Below are positions 26,875 through 39,383 of a stretch of DNA of 64,000 nucleotides, one piece after another (the stretch's first letter is position 1; each line of letters begins with the position of its first letter). The position numbers and the translations under genes are program-made. Under the pieces are notes generated by a model. It saw only the letters and a program-made list of their open reading frames with translations, ran no database searches and was not told the origin of the DNA. Origin of the DNA: Elsinoe ampelina (Eukaryota); the NCBI GenBank assembly GCA_010093995.1, contig ML992508.1, positions 406,506 to 470,505 on the forward strand. The letters are read 5' to 3'.

Positions 26875-27130
26875 AAGTTACGGATAAAGATGCCCCACAG
26901 CTTTTGGTGTATCCGGATTTGAGACTCCAATTCCGCCACCAAAGCGGCGCCGCCCATCGCTTTTCCGGAATGGCTTCTCATCTGAACTTCCACCACTCAA
27001 GACATCCTCAACAGACCTTCCTAGGTGATGTATCGGTGTTCCCACTATCTCAAGCATCTGGGGACCCCGCAACCTCCCCGCAGAGCCAAGATCCAGTAAA
27101 CCTTCCTTATCCATCTCAACCGGATATGGA
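26875..27130. promoter_or_regulatory. Divergent promoter with clustered CGG(A) half-sites (candidate Zn2Cys6 binding sites)
   Basis: CGGATAA at 26881, TATCCGGATTT at about 26910, TTTTCCGGAAT at 26961, CCGGATAT at about 27120, between the TF and MFS start codons. Confidence 0.35.
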
Positions 27131-27257
27131 GTGAGATATCAGTCTGGACATTGCTCATGTTCTACGGGGACTCCAGCGGTACCAACTTACCCAGAACGCT
27201 ACTACCAGTAGTCTATCCTCGAGCGTGTTGTATCGTCAAGACGCCTGCATATCAGAC

Positions 27258-28960
27258 ATGACGGGTCACATCCAGCGAGAAGAGGCAAAGATCACCAAGC
27301 ACGATGTAGAGTGCATCGAGTTTGACGATGGCCACCAGGAGAAGGTCGACGTCGCAAAGGATGGCTTCGGTGCTCGAGTCAAGGTCGATCCAAAGGAGAT
27401 CAAGCTCGTCAAGAAGATTGACTGGTATATGATGGTAAAGTCCATTTTCGAGCAATGCTGGATATGGCTGACGTGCAAAGCCAACCTTGTGGGCCATGTA
27501 CTTCTTCAACTTCTTGGACCGCAACGCGATGATCAATGGGAAGCTCAACACGCTGTCAAAAGACCTCAAGTTGACGGGGACGCAATACAACACTTGCGTG
27601 TCGATCTTATTCGTCGGGTAGATTAACCACAAGGTCTGTACCTGACCATGGCTGACACGTTCAGATACTTGCTGGGACAAGTACCATCTAACATGTTGCT
27701 CAATCGAGTCCGTCCGTCGTGGTTCATGGCTGGTAGGTCCTCTGACAAGCCTTTGAATACAAATACTGACCATCTTTACAGGTTTCATGATGGCCTGGTC
27801 TGTCGTCAGTCTTCTGACTTACATGGCACACAACTACACCACCATGTTGGTATGCCGCTTCCTGCTGGGTATAACAGAAGCTCCGGTATGACTAATCTGA
27901 ACCTCTCAAGCCGAGGCTTCTCTGACAGTTTGCAGTTCTATCCGGGCGCCTTGTACATGATCAGCATGTTCTACACCAAGAGAGAGATGGCGACCCGCAT
28001 GTCCATCCTGTACACCGGTAACATGTTGGCGAGCTCGTTCTCAGGTCTCATTGCAGCTCCGATCTTCTCCGAGCTGTCCGGCGTCAAAGGCCTGGCCGGC
28101 TGGCAATGGTAAGACTAAGTACACCCTTCGTGTGACTGTGATACTGACAACCTGTCAGGCTCTTCATCATCCAAGGCGCCTTCTCCATCGCCATCGCCAT
28201 CGTCGCCTTCTTCCTCCTCCCCGACGCCCCCCTCAAAACCCGCTGGCTCACCGAGGAAGAACGCCTCCTCGCCCACAACCGCATCTTCGAAGACACCACG
28301 GGCCGCCGTTCCGAAGACTCCAGCGTAATGAAAGGTCTCCGCGAAGCCCTCGCCGACCCCAAAACCTGGCTCTTCTGCCTCATGGACAACCTCCACCTCT
28401 CGGCCAACGGCTTCAAGAACTTCCTCCCCTCGGTCGTCAAGACCCTCGGCTTCGACACCACCACCACCCTCGCCCTGACCTGCCCCCCTTACCTCGTGGC
28501 AGGCATCATCAGCATCCTCGTCTCGTGGTCAAGCGGCCGCTTCAACGAACGGACATGGCACACCACGGCGTCCAAACTCATCGCTTGCGTGGGCTTCGCC
28601 ATCTCGGCGGCCACATTCAACACCGCGGCCCGCTACGTGGGCATCATGCTCTTCGTCGGCGCCACCTACGGCGTGAATAACATCGTCCTCGCCTGGGCGG
28701 CAGCCAGCCTGGGGGAGACGGACGAGAAAAAAGCCGTGGCTATCGCCATGACGAACACGTTTGGTAATTTGGCGAGCGTGTATACTCCTTACCTATGGCC
28801 GGACTCGGATCAGCCGAGGTATATCAAGGCGTTCATGGCGAGTATTGGGTTTTCGATTGGGGTGGTGATTTGTGCTTGGGCGATGAGGATATTGTTGCAG
28901 AGGAAGAATAGGAAGATGAGGGAGGAGAATCCCGAGGTGCAGACTTTGTATGTCTACTAG
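27258..28960 (+). CDS. MFS transporter, allantoate/nicotinate permease (Dal5/Tna1-like ACS) family; about 6 exons
   Basis: KLVKKIDW, NFLDRN, GQVPSNMLL, EAP/FYPGALYMISMFYTKRE, LAGWQW/LFIIQG, LPDAP...WLTEEER, ER.WH. Confidence 0.9.
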
Positions 28961-31043
28961 GGAAGGACTTGTCAGGATAGAACAGCAGAGATACCAGTGG
29001 ATATCATGGAATTAATTCGTGTCTGATGCTTTCTGGCATGTTCAGTGCGGCTGCGAACAATGTCGGTCCGAGATGGTGCGGCTGGGATGTCATTACTGCT
29101 GTCGCAAGTGTTTGGTCTGGCGCTATGGACTTGGCCGTATCTTCTGACGCGGACATGCTAATAGACGCTGCGAACTGGAATTGCATGACGTCCCTATCTC
29201 CAGTTCGTGTAAAAAGGGCGCCCACATGTCGGGCTTTGATTATGCATACCGCTACGTAGCTTTCGAGACATCCTCAGCGATTCGTTGGAGGGCGTTCTCC
29301 GCCCCGCGGAAAGGACGTTTGACCACGACGATCGATATTCCATTCTGCAAATATCTCAGCCGCAATGACCGGTGTTCACTCGAGCGAACAATGGGCCGCT
29401 AAAACTATTTCCCGTCGTGGCTTGGGTTTTTGCTATAAGGAGACGGCATGATGATGATCGTTGCCTACTTCTGGGAGTCTGGAACAACCAGATGCAGGGA
29501 ATTCAGCCTCGATGATGCAACATGGCTGCAGATGTCGATGTGCAGCGTCCGAATGTGTGCCGAGGAGCGCAGTACCCTCGGTCGCGTCGGGTGTGATGAA
29601 ATTGTCAGCCACATGGTGGGCGGCAGTGTTCTAATAGTGTAATATACAAACAGCTGCATTAGCAGCAGCCTGGACGCGCAGTGTCGGCTTTTGACCGTCG
29701 GATGTGGCTTGAGGATGATGTCGCAGCGGTGTGCGGCCCTTTTCTCGGTGCGACTTCTCAGCGGATAGTCGTACCTTGCAGGAGGGGTGGCTGATTCTTT
29801 CTCCTCTTTACAAATGCATCTCGAGGCATCAGCTTTTCGCAATCTCGCTCCCGTCGAAAAGGGTGTGTGATGAATGCATGTCTACTTGTCCAGGTTGACA
29901 ACGCTGAACGGTATCTGCCTTACCGGCTGAGCAAAAGCCGATGCATCATACATCGAGATGGAGTCTCGACCGCGGGTACCAACCCGTGCAAGATTGTTGA
30001 TCGAACCGCACGGAAGAAACTCCAGTTCGATGCCACGTGGGTGTGGAAACGTAAGACACACACGACAGGGGCCGCGTCCATCAGCATGGTGCAACGTGGT
30101 GCAACGTGAAATTAGAGGATACGGATGCGTCGGAGCGTTGTGCGTATCCGCTACCTCATGTCATCTGCAGGCAACGCTGCTGGAACGATGTACCGGTCGA
30201 GCGGGTAGGTGCAAGTGGCTGCATAGGGCGACGAAAACAGTCAATGCGAAGTCCGCGGTCCAGCAGATCAACGGGTGATTATTGAGCAGCGGAGTATCCA
30301 GGTATTTTCGCAGGGTCGGCTGTATTCTGGCTGCTCAATGACGATGATCGGTACCTGAAGAGCAAGTGAAGGAGATGAATAATAAAAGTGAGGCTAGCAG
30401 GCATGTATGTGGAGGGCAAGATTTCTCATGGTTGTTTCTCAAATCTTCTCCTCCACATCCCGACCCGGTTGTGCGGATCCCGTATCGAACTCCTGTTCTG
30501 TGGAGGCGTTTCTAGAATTGCTTGCTCTCACTGATGCATCACCGGTGCGGGAGCGTAACGGTTGGTTGTCGAGCACAGACTGGATGCCGCTACAGGCGCC
30601 CATAGTGATGCTTCTCCATCGCCACGATGACTATTCATCCTGGTCGGGCCCCCTTCGGCCACGCCGTCTTCATTCGCACAACATGGTGGAAGCTTTGCAA
30701 GTGCAAATGCTTGATACCGTGACCGTGCGGAAGATGAAGGATCTGTCAATTTGTACAATCGTCGGCATTTGCACGTCGTCGTCAATGCATCGTCCCGCCT
30801 TGTTTGGTTTGTGATGACCTCTACTCGTATACCTTATAACAAACTTCTGCCCTCCTGAATTGTCATGACGGTGGCAATGTCGTTTTCCAGAGTTTCTCAA
30901 CTCGCGCCTAAATTCAACTTAACCTCTTCAGCATTACCAGATCCGATCAACGCTAGACACAGGAGTTCCGTTTTCGGGAACCCTGATCGACGCGCACCAG
31001 TTGTGACGAGTTTCGGCGGGGAACCTTAGTCGAGGGCGAAGCT

Positions 31044-32109
31044 ATGACCCAACGGCGACTTTCACCATCGTATTCTCGACCAAGACACAGTCCTCCTCCT
31101 GTCACAAACTTCGAGTTCCTCAGTTTCGGTCATCCTGAGCAGGCAAAGAGTGAGGACGCACGGCGAAAAGTGCGTTCCCATGTCACCAAGCAGCAGCACT
31201 TCCGGGAGCAGAGATCGCTCAATATGACGCTTGCGTCGGCTCCACAGGAAGCAGTGTCTCCTCAACCAAGTGTCTCGAGTAAAGGATCGCCCCCAAATAT
31301 GTCGAGCTATGCATCATCCGCTGCAGTCTCGCGGAGGACATCGACATCGACAACTGGATCAGGTCGAATTATTACCAGGGTTGACAGCTCGTCCGAGGGC
31401 GTCTCGCAGTCTGATCTTGCTTTACTTCGCGCCGCCATGTACGAGAGTGCGACGCCTGCTCAGTCACCCGATTCGTCAATCCAGGCACAACCACTGGTGA
31501 TCCCGACCACCACGCACATCGATCTCATCCTCTGGTATCCCCCAAATTGGCAGTCATCAGTACAAACTTTGCTCTCCCATTGTAAGCTCAATCGTCGTCG
31601 TGGTAGTGTTATGCTGTGCTGACAACATCGCAGACGCGATGGTCATAGCACCTCGTCAGCCATTTTTCGCAACAGGCCATAGGCCATCAACACTCCATGA
31701 CACCTGGCTGCCGTTCCTCATGTCGACTCGGACGACTCTCAATGCCGCTCTCCTCCTTTCGGCGACCCACTTCGCCAATTCACATGGCTACCAAGTATCA
31801 AACATAGACATTGAATCGCTCCGATGTACGGTCCTGTCCGACGTCACGACTAGTCTATCCTCAGGGTCGGACAAGCCGAGTGACGAGCTCATTGCGACAG
31901 TCATTCTGCTGGCGCAGTACGAGGCCTTCATCAGCAACGCTCAGACGTTCCAGCTGCACATGTCTGGTCTGCGAAAGATGGTCATGGCTCGTGGGGACCT
32001 GAAGACTACTGGTCTGGAAGGGTTGATGCGGAATATGCTGATCTGGCTTATCCGAGAGTCAGGATTCGCCCATCGACCTTCTCCGTCGCCCTCGACTTCT
32101 CCAGGATGA
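31044..32109 (+). CDS. Fungal-specific transcription-factor-like protein (shorter relative of paralogs A and B); 2 exons
   Basis: FEFLSF..PEQAKSEDARRKVRSHV; intron about 31582-31633; SDELIATVILLAQYE...HMSGLRKMVMARGDL. Confidence 0.7.
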
Positions 32110-32136
32110 AAGACGTCTGGATGTGTCGTGATCAGA

Positions 32137-33420
32137 TCAAGCAGCCCTTGACCCGAATCGCCTGCTGTCGATTCCACCATCACCAGCCTGCGTCCAAAAA
32201 TTCTCCAGCATCTCCATGAGAAGGTGGTCATCGTCGGCCAGAAATTGGTCCAGCGAGGCGTCTTGTCCCGCCATCGATGACGACAGATTGAGGACTTGAA
32301 AGTACCAATCGAAGACAAATACATCTGGCACATAGTTGTTCACCGCCGGCGACGCAACGTGCGAAGCGACCATGTGATGGTTCAGCGTGAATGCCAGGAG
32401 CTGAAGACCTGTGAGAACAGTCTTGTGTCAAGCGCGGTCGAGTCGGGCTAATTGAGCAACAATCTACACCTTCGAACGTTTCTGATACTGAAACCTAGGA
32501 GGTCGCCGGCACCCACTTGCAGGATCTGAGCTAGGACTACCAGAGCAAACCACGTCCTTGCTCGCTTCATCAGCTGAACAGCTTCATTGGAAGAAGATTG
32601 GCGTAAAGAAGTTTGGAGGAGACTATCGAAGGAAGAAGCCAGGTTGAGGTCAAGCGCCATGTTAAGGGCGACGGCAGTGACGATTTTGTTCTTCGGTGTC
32701 CAGCAGGCTGTGACCTGGGCAACATCAGTTCTCCTTGTAAGATGTATTGTAGGAGTAATTTTACTAGTAGTGCTTGTACAGCCTCGAGACAGTGCATGCT
32801 GGGGCTCAAAATGACGGTGGACAACCATCTCTTCAGCCTGACGTGTAGTGTGCGGCTCTCCATGGTGATGTCTCTTGATGCACCACATCCGACCGGACAG
32901 ATGGCGTCGACCAGCAGACCATCCCGTGCTCTGATAGAGGTGAAAGTGTCCGACTCATCGAACACAGGAAGAAAACGGTCACTACCCTCGAAAAAGCATT
33001 CAAAGTAGTACGATGCTTGTGTCTCGGTGATGATGCCTTCAGTGACGAAATCTGGTATGCTTGAACGTGTATCTGTGCGAATGTCGAAAGAGGTCTTTTG
33101 TCGTTTTGCAGGCCTGACTTTGAACACATGCGACCCAATGTGATCGCTATAGCTGGTTGGCGGAGCGGCAGAGCTTATAGTTGGGATGATAGAGCTTGTA
33201 GGAGAGACTGCAGCGACATGATTGGCAAATTGCAGTCGTTCTTTCAGAGCAAGCACCTCTGCTTGAAGCTCGTCGATACAATCCTCCTCGGACGTCCTTG
33301 TTCGTTCGGAATATACACAAGCCCTCCCCAGGTTACTCCAGCGTCCGCAAATTGGTCGATGCTCATCGCACCTTGTCTTCATGAGCGGCAGGTATTACAT
33401 GCTTTTGGAGTGCGTTTCAT
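32137..33420 (-). pseudogene. Disrupted Zn(II)2Cys6 transcription factor
   Basis: MKRTPKACNTCR then 1-nt frameshift at about 33383 to MKTRCDEHRPICGRWSNLGRAC (5th Cys replaced by Trp); premature TAG at 32448-32450 followed by TF-like PDSTALDTRLFSQV; C-terminal half appears mostly deleted. Confidence 0.75.
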
Positions 33421-33744
33421 GTCAATCACCCGTTCGTCCTGAGCCCTACTTCCAAGGCGCAACTAGCATAGAACGAAATCGAGGTGGCTACTCATACCGA
33501 GAGTGGCCGTCGTGTGGTAGGGTCAAGCTCGGAGATGATACCGGATTAGTTGTGGATGGAAACTCCGCGCCGACTCTATAGTATCAGCAGAAAGAGACAG
33601 GTCATCCGGACGATCGAGAAAGTTGTATGTCCAAACGATTGTAATGTGGTGATTGTCCGCAAGTTGGATGGTGTTGAAAGAAGATGGAAGTCACAAAGCT
33701 GGGACACATGTGGAGCACGCCTCACCTTTCACCTCACGGGTCGG

Positions 33745-34175
33745 CTTTTGACTGAGATGCCCCAGCAAAGAGTGGTCGCTGCCATGAACTTGCCGAGTGG
33801 GAATTTGACGAGTATATGGGCTGGGCTACCAGCTGAGCGACGTAGACGATCGCTCCCAACCGACTGTACTGCTAGCCGACTAGACCTGTGTCTTCGACGA
33901 GTCCGAACACAGTAGAATACGCAAGCGTCGCCTATTAAAGCATTAGTCACTGAAAAGACCCTGAAGCCATGAACAAGATACCTTGTCCAGCGCTTGAAGG
34001 AAACAGATGACCAGAATGACTGGCAAGATATTCGTATCAATCTTCTTGAGCACCCTCTTGTTGTTCTCCGGAGTGAGGGTGACTCGACCATCGGATGGAG
34101 GAACATCTTCATGCTTTTCGGCATGTTGAGACTCGGTGATTGGCATCTTATTGTCATCAGATTGTCATCAGCCAT
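33745..34175 (-). pseudogene. Truncated allantoate-permease-family MFS transporter fragment
   Basis: KRVLKKIDTNILPV..CFLQALDK / intron / ATLAYSTVFGLVEDTGLVG*QYS.LG.IVYVAQLVAQP; stop at 33872-33874, frameshift before ILVKFPLGKF, ends after about 3 TM helices. Confidence 0.8.
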
Positions 34176-34583
34176 GTCGGAGAGGGGTGTGTCTGATACT
34201 GATGTCAACGTCAAGAGGCGGGCAGCCTCTCTGCATCATGGGTCTTCGACCGGACCAGCCCGTCCCTCAATTGCCCATGTTCGTGCAGCGATCTCGCGGA
34301 GAATGATGCAACAGATCCTATTGATGCCTCTTCAAAGCCCGTTCGGCGCCGTCGGAAAGTGGTATATATATACTGTACACCGAGGAGTTCCGAAGCATTA
34401 TCCGCTTTTCCGGGAATTTGGACCGACCTTTCGACAACACAACAGGTGTGGCAATTGAGGACGGCAGTCAGACTTCCGGAGCTCCAAGCAATCATGTAAG
34501 TACATTAAATGGCAATGACGGCTTGATTGAAGTCGACAACGTTTCAAAGTCTGTGGTGATTGTTGCGATATAGCCTAACAACC

Positions 34584-36066
34584 ATGCCTCAGCAAGAGCA
34601 AGTCACGGACAGCTTCGTGCGTGAAGACGACCTCAAATCCGGCTCCACTTGGGCACCGGGCCTGTCTTTTCAGACTCGAGTCGGTATCAAAGGATGATAT
34701 CTCAATCAGTGGAGATGGCGACAAGAAGAATTTCGAGACTGGTGGTATCACCACATCGGTGGACTGGACAGGCGCGCCGATCGTGACACTAGGATGGGTC
34801 GGCTCAGAGGAACTGCTTCACAGCGACCTTCCTTACCAATCATACCTTGTGGACGGCTCGGGCATCGCTCACTATACACGACATGACAGAGAAGCTCTAC
34901 ACGTCGGTCTTGGAGAAGTTGCTGCACCCATGGACCTCACAGCACGAAGTTTCAAGATCGACGCCACAGACTGCTTTGGTTACGAGCCGAACAAGACTTC
35001 AACCAGGTATGAGCACATGCCATCCTGGTCAAAGCGATTCCACAAGGCTGTGTAGCCGTTGTATCTGCTATTTACAGCCGAGCATCATGGTCTGTGGGGG
35101 CTGAGGTCGACGGATTCTAGGGCTTCTACAAGGTCTATCGTCAGGACTATGGTGGACTGGACGAGTATCTGATTGTCGGGAAGACCATGAAGGATTTTGT
35201 AAGAACCTATGCCGAGCTGGTAGGATTCCCGCTCCTTGCTCCCAAATGGGCCTTCGCCTACCTCTCTGGCGGCTACAAGTATACCATGCAAGACGATCCA
35301 TCAGCGCACCAGTACTTGCTGGACTTTGCAGACAAGCTCAAAGGTCACGATATTCCTTGTTCTGGCCACTAGATGAGTTCTGGCTACTCTATCAGCGAAG
35401 TCGCTCCCAAAGTGCGCAATGTGTTCAACTGGAACAAACATCGGTTTCCCGATCCAGAAGCCTTCCTCGCAAAGTACCACGCCCTCGGCTTTTGTTTGCT
35501 GAGTAACATCAAGCCTTTCATCCTTGCTTCGCATCCCGACTTTGACAAGCTGAAAGTAGCACAAGGCATGTTTACAAACCCCGAAGACGAAGGACATGGC
35601 TTATGTGCGCCTTTGGAGGAAGAATGGTGTTCGTCGTCTGCGAGAGCAAGGAGTGGATGCCATGTGGAATGACAACAACGAATACACTCTCCCGAACGAC
35701 TCATGGCAGATTTCCCTGAAGCCCGAGATTCTCTCGACGCCCAAGACTGTCGGGCTCTGGGGTCTCGTCATGCAGACCTGGTACGAAGACGATGGTCTCC
35801 ACATCAAGCCCGACATTACGAGGTTCGAGGTTGCATACAACTCGACCGAAGAGAAGGTTGTCGTGGAAGTCACGCTTCCTAGTGGCGACAAGTTTGTGCC
35901 AGAGTGGAAAGAGATCGCCATCATATTCCCTGTCGGTGACAAGAGACATGTTGTCTCAGCCTCGGGCACCTTTCTGGAAACAATCGGAGACGATGAAAGT
36001 GGTCGCCGGCGATATGTGCCGCCGCAAGTCACGCGGTTGGAGTTTGCGGTGAATGGCTATCATTGA
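34584..36066 (+). pseudogene. Disrupted glycoside hydrolase family 31 (alpha-glucosidase/xylosidase)
   Basis: HVGLGE..APMDL, YRQDYGGLDEY, VGFPLLAPKWAFAYLSGG, IPCSGH*MSSGY (TAG 35370-35372), WNKHRFPDP, NIKP, catalytic-type MWNDNNEY, WYEDDG; several frameshifts and large internal deletions. Confidence 0.85.
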
Positions 36067-36386
36067 TATGGCATGCCAGTAGGATCTTATCCCCGCGATA
36101 CTGAATGAGACAGGTGGAGTATGCTAATGATTTGAAAACGAGGTTTGCCTTGGACGACGACTAGGCAGAGACGGGCTGTCTATGTAGTATGGTCAATGAG
36201 CAGTGAATTCTATCACGAGCCTTGAGTCGATGTATATCATATCTGGCGATCATATTGATCTGGCGAAAGGAACTAGTTCCCTGGCATGTCCATGTAAAAT
36301 CGTGCCTCGCTATTTGGCATAAGATAATGCCTCACCCTTCTGAAGCCAGCACTGCCCCACCGCCTCTTCCCTGACTCCCATCCGAA

Positions 36387-38605
36387 TCAAGCCCTCTCCA
36401 CGAGCAGCTCCCTAAACCTCTCCCCCAACGCCTGAACCGTCTCCTCCACCACCGGCGCAACCGGTACCCTCCTCGTCAACTTCTCCTTCTCCTCCACATC
36501 AACGCCCGTAGTCTCCACCTCCCCATCGACATCCCTACTACTCTCCTCTCTCACACTCGTGTCCTTGCCGGTTCGCACGTCGCCGAACGCTTGTTTAGGA
36601 GTAATGATTGTGGTGTCTAACAAGTGCTGCCACTTGGCGAGATAGGCGCCTGGACCGTACATGGTTTTCTTGCCGTTGGAAGACAGTGTCTTTGTGTCCT
36701 CGATCGAGGGGGAATCTTTGGTTTCTTTATCTCCGCCGCCACTTCTACTGAGGACAGAGCGGAGGGAGTTTGTGCTGGCTGTGCGTGAGCCTGGGCTTGG
36801 GCGGCGGGAAGGGTTCCGGGAGCCGGCGCGACTACTGGCGGGCTTGGGGGATCGCTTCACCGATCTGTCGTTGGAGATGACTGCGCGAATGGTGGATGCT
36901 GATGCTTCGTGGAGCTTGTGGAGATATTCTGCGTGAGCGTCGATCTCTGCAATGACTTTTGTCCTAGTCTCGGGTGGTAAATTTGCGAATGTTGTTGAAA
37001 GCTTCTCTGTAATGTGACCATGCTTCGAGTCAGGAGATGCCATTTCTCTGAAGTAATTGGTGATGTTGTGGCAGTAGTCGCGGAACCACTGCGTTATCTC
37101 CCGACCATTCTTCGATACTTGATGCAGGAATTTGTGACAAGATATTTGATGCGTATGCAGCAAGTGCACAAAGTCCTCGACGCTCGGTGGTGTCGGCTCC
37201 GAGCCATTCGCTGTGTTGTCAGGCTTCGCTAGCTTCAACATGTCGTTGACGAAATTCTGAAAGTCAAGGACGGTATCGCTCAGGTTGACAGCATTGTGTA
37301 CTTGACGGATCAATGGCTCATATGCAGCGATCGAGTCCCTAACGGCCTGCGTCAGATGGTCGGGATTACTCTTGCATAGCACTCTGATGATCTCGTCGCG
37401 ATCTCGAACGGCCAGCTGAAGGGACAGATATTCCAGGGCCTGGAAGTGCTGTCTCTCCTCCATCTCTGGATCGACTGATGAGAGCGATAGTATCGTCTGT
37501 ACGATCGACATCTTCGATTGACCTGCGTACGTCAACGTTGTCTGCACAAGAATGGTATCGGTTGACATACGGCTTTGTTCACGCATTTGTACGTGCTCCT
37601 CTCGAGGCTTGTCAAGATACTCCTTTAGCACGTTTCTGATCTCTTCTGATGGGCCTTTGCTGTCCTTCTCTATTTTGTCCGCTCGCTTCCTGAGCTCCTT
37701 CTTGTCCCAGCCGAGCACTGTCGAAATGATCTGCTGCATGAGATTCATGCCTTCATCTGCACCCGTAGACACGCCCAACCAGTTCGTGACAGAGCCTATG
37801 CTGACTTTGGCGAGCATCAGCTTCATCATGCCACTGATCATGGTCGCGACGTTACCGACTCTCAAGGTCTGCCGGATGAGGCCGTATGGAGCCAGCTTGT
37901 TAACAGCGTCAAGCATTCTTACCATGGTAGGTCCTTCGGGTGATAAGATCAGAGTATAGTGCATGAAAGAAGCAAGACTACCAAGATCAGTTCTTGTCCG
38001 CTGAGCCACGAAATATCACCATACTTGACCACAATAAACTCGTGGGCTGCTTGAGTCAAGGTCCCCTGATCGGCGAGGTTCTGAGTTTCTGACGTTTTAT
38101 CGTACAGCACATCGAACAAATCTCCATACACAAGTTGCTGTAGGAAGTGTTGCCACGCCGTCAGTACATCATCCGGGTTCTTGACATCGTACTCGCGTTC
38201 CTGGAAGGCGCTCTCGTCCTTTGGGAAGGCCCCAAGCAGACCACGTGCAGGATATTCGATCAAAGACGATATGGCAGTGGCGAGAGTTTTCCTGATTCCG
38301 AGATTCCCTTTATCATAAGACTCGCTCAGCTCGGCCTTTGCCAGATCCTCGATCATTGTCTGCACCTGCACCCTCCAAAAGTCCTGGCTGACATCCCGCA
38401 GACCCGGCAGTGTTACGGCGAACTTGCTCACTAGTCCCTGGAGGATCGGAGTCGAAGGCTTCTGGTTGTCCTGAAATGGCGGCCCATATTCGAGGATCGT
38501 CTGCGGCGATTTGAACTGCTCAATTTCCCGATAGGTCTCATGGTGGGTCAGGATGTCGACCAGCGTCTTTGCCTGTTCTGGCGATAGTTTTGCGTTATCG
38601 GCCAT
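36387..38605 (-). CDS. PX-associated (PXB) plus DUF3818 domain protein; 3 exons
   Basis: L.DILTHHETY.EI..F...YGPPF, LPGLRD, AELSESYDKG..G.RKTLAT, PYGLIRQTLRVGN, GMNLMQQIIS, YGPGAYLAKWQ. Confidence 0.8.
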
Positions 38606-38891
38606 GTTCCATGATGTTGTTGTTGTATTGTTGTCAAGTCGAAAACCTGTTGCCGCCTGGTTGATGGTTCACGACGTCACCCGCGCGTCGGCTACGAACC
38701 AGTGGGGGTGGGTTCACACCAGGCCTGGTAGAAGACAATGCAGGTGGCTGCTGATTGCTGCCTTGGGCTCTCATTTGGGGGCTCTCACTAAGGACAGCAG
38801 AGGTCCTCAGACTTTCTAAAATGCCCCTGTGCATCAAATCGTCACCCTCTGCAAAGAACGATTGATTCTCAGCGCCGGCAGTGACGACACA

Positions 38892-39383
38892 ATGTCCGCG
38901 ACAAGTACCCCAATGCGATCTACCTGCCACTGCGGCGCCATCACGGTCACGGTCAATCGACTCCCCAAATACATCAACGTGTGCCAGTGCACATTGTGTA
39001 GACGCTACGGAGTTGCCTGGGGCTACTACCATCCAGACGAAGTAAAGCTCGAGAAGAAACCAAACGCAGCAACAAAGAGATACATATGGGGCGATAAAAC
39101 TGCATCTTTCGAATTCTGCGACCATTGCGGTTGCATGTCAGTCGACCCTGTTCTAGTTCATCAGACATGCATTTCAGCGAGACTAATGCTGTACATCAGG
39201 TGTTACTGGTGGCCATTGGAGCCTCCTACCGACGGATCAAAGTATCAGATGGGACTCAATACCAACAATATGAATCCCGAGCTGTTGAAGTACGTCGATA
39301 GAACGTGGGAGTATGCGCAATTGAGAATGGCATTGGGCTCCAAGGAGCTTGCGCATTCCGAGGATTTGGCCGAGTACCTTTGA
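38892..39383 (+). CDS. GFA / Mss4-like (CENP-V) zinc-binding protein; 2 exons
   Basis: CHCGAI...CQCTLCRRYG...FCDHCGC; GT-AG intron 39137-39199. Confidence 0.85.
   Translation: MSATSTPMRSTCHCGAITVTVNRLPKYINVCQCTLCRRYGVAWGYYHPDEVKLEKKPNAATKRYIWGDKTASFEFCDHCGCMSVDPVLVHQTCISARLMLYIRCYWWPLEPPTDGSKYQMGLNTNNMNPELLKYVDRTWEYAQLRMALGSKELAHSEDLAEYL

Noticed and set aside
32137..36066. Transposon or RIP-degraded repeat explanation for the disrupted region
   Set aside because: No transposase or RT motifs, no terminal repeats, GC content not depleted; the fragments are host-type genes
39137..39199. Stop-free in-frame introns (GFA 63 nt; also PX gene about 37523-37570 and MRL1 about 41720-41770)
   Set aside because: Short 3n introns without stops arise often by chance; canonical splice signals are present and there is no evidence of retention
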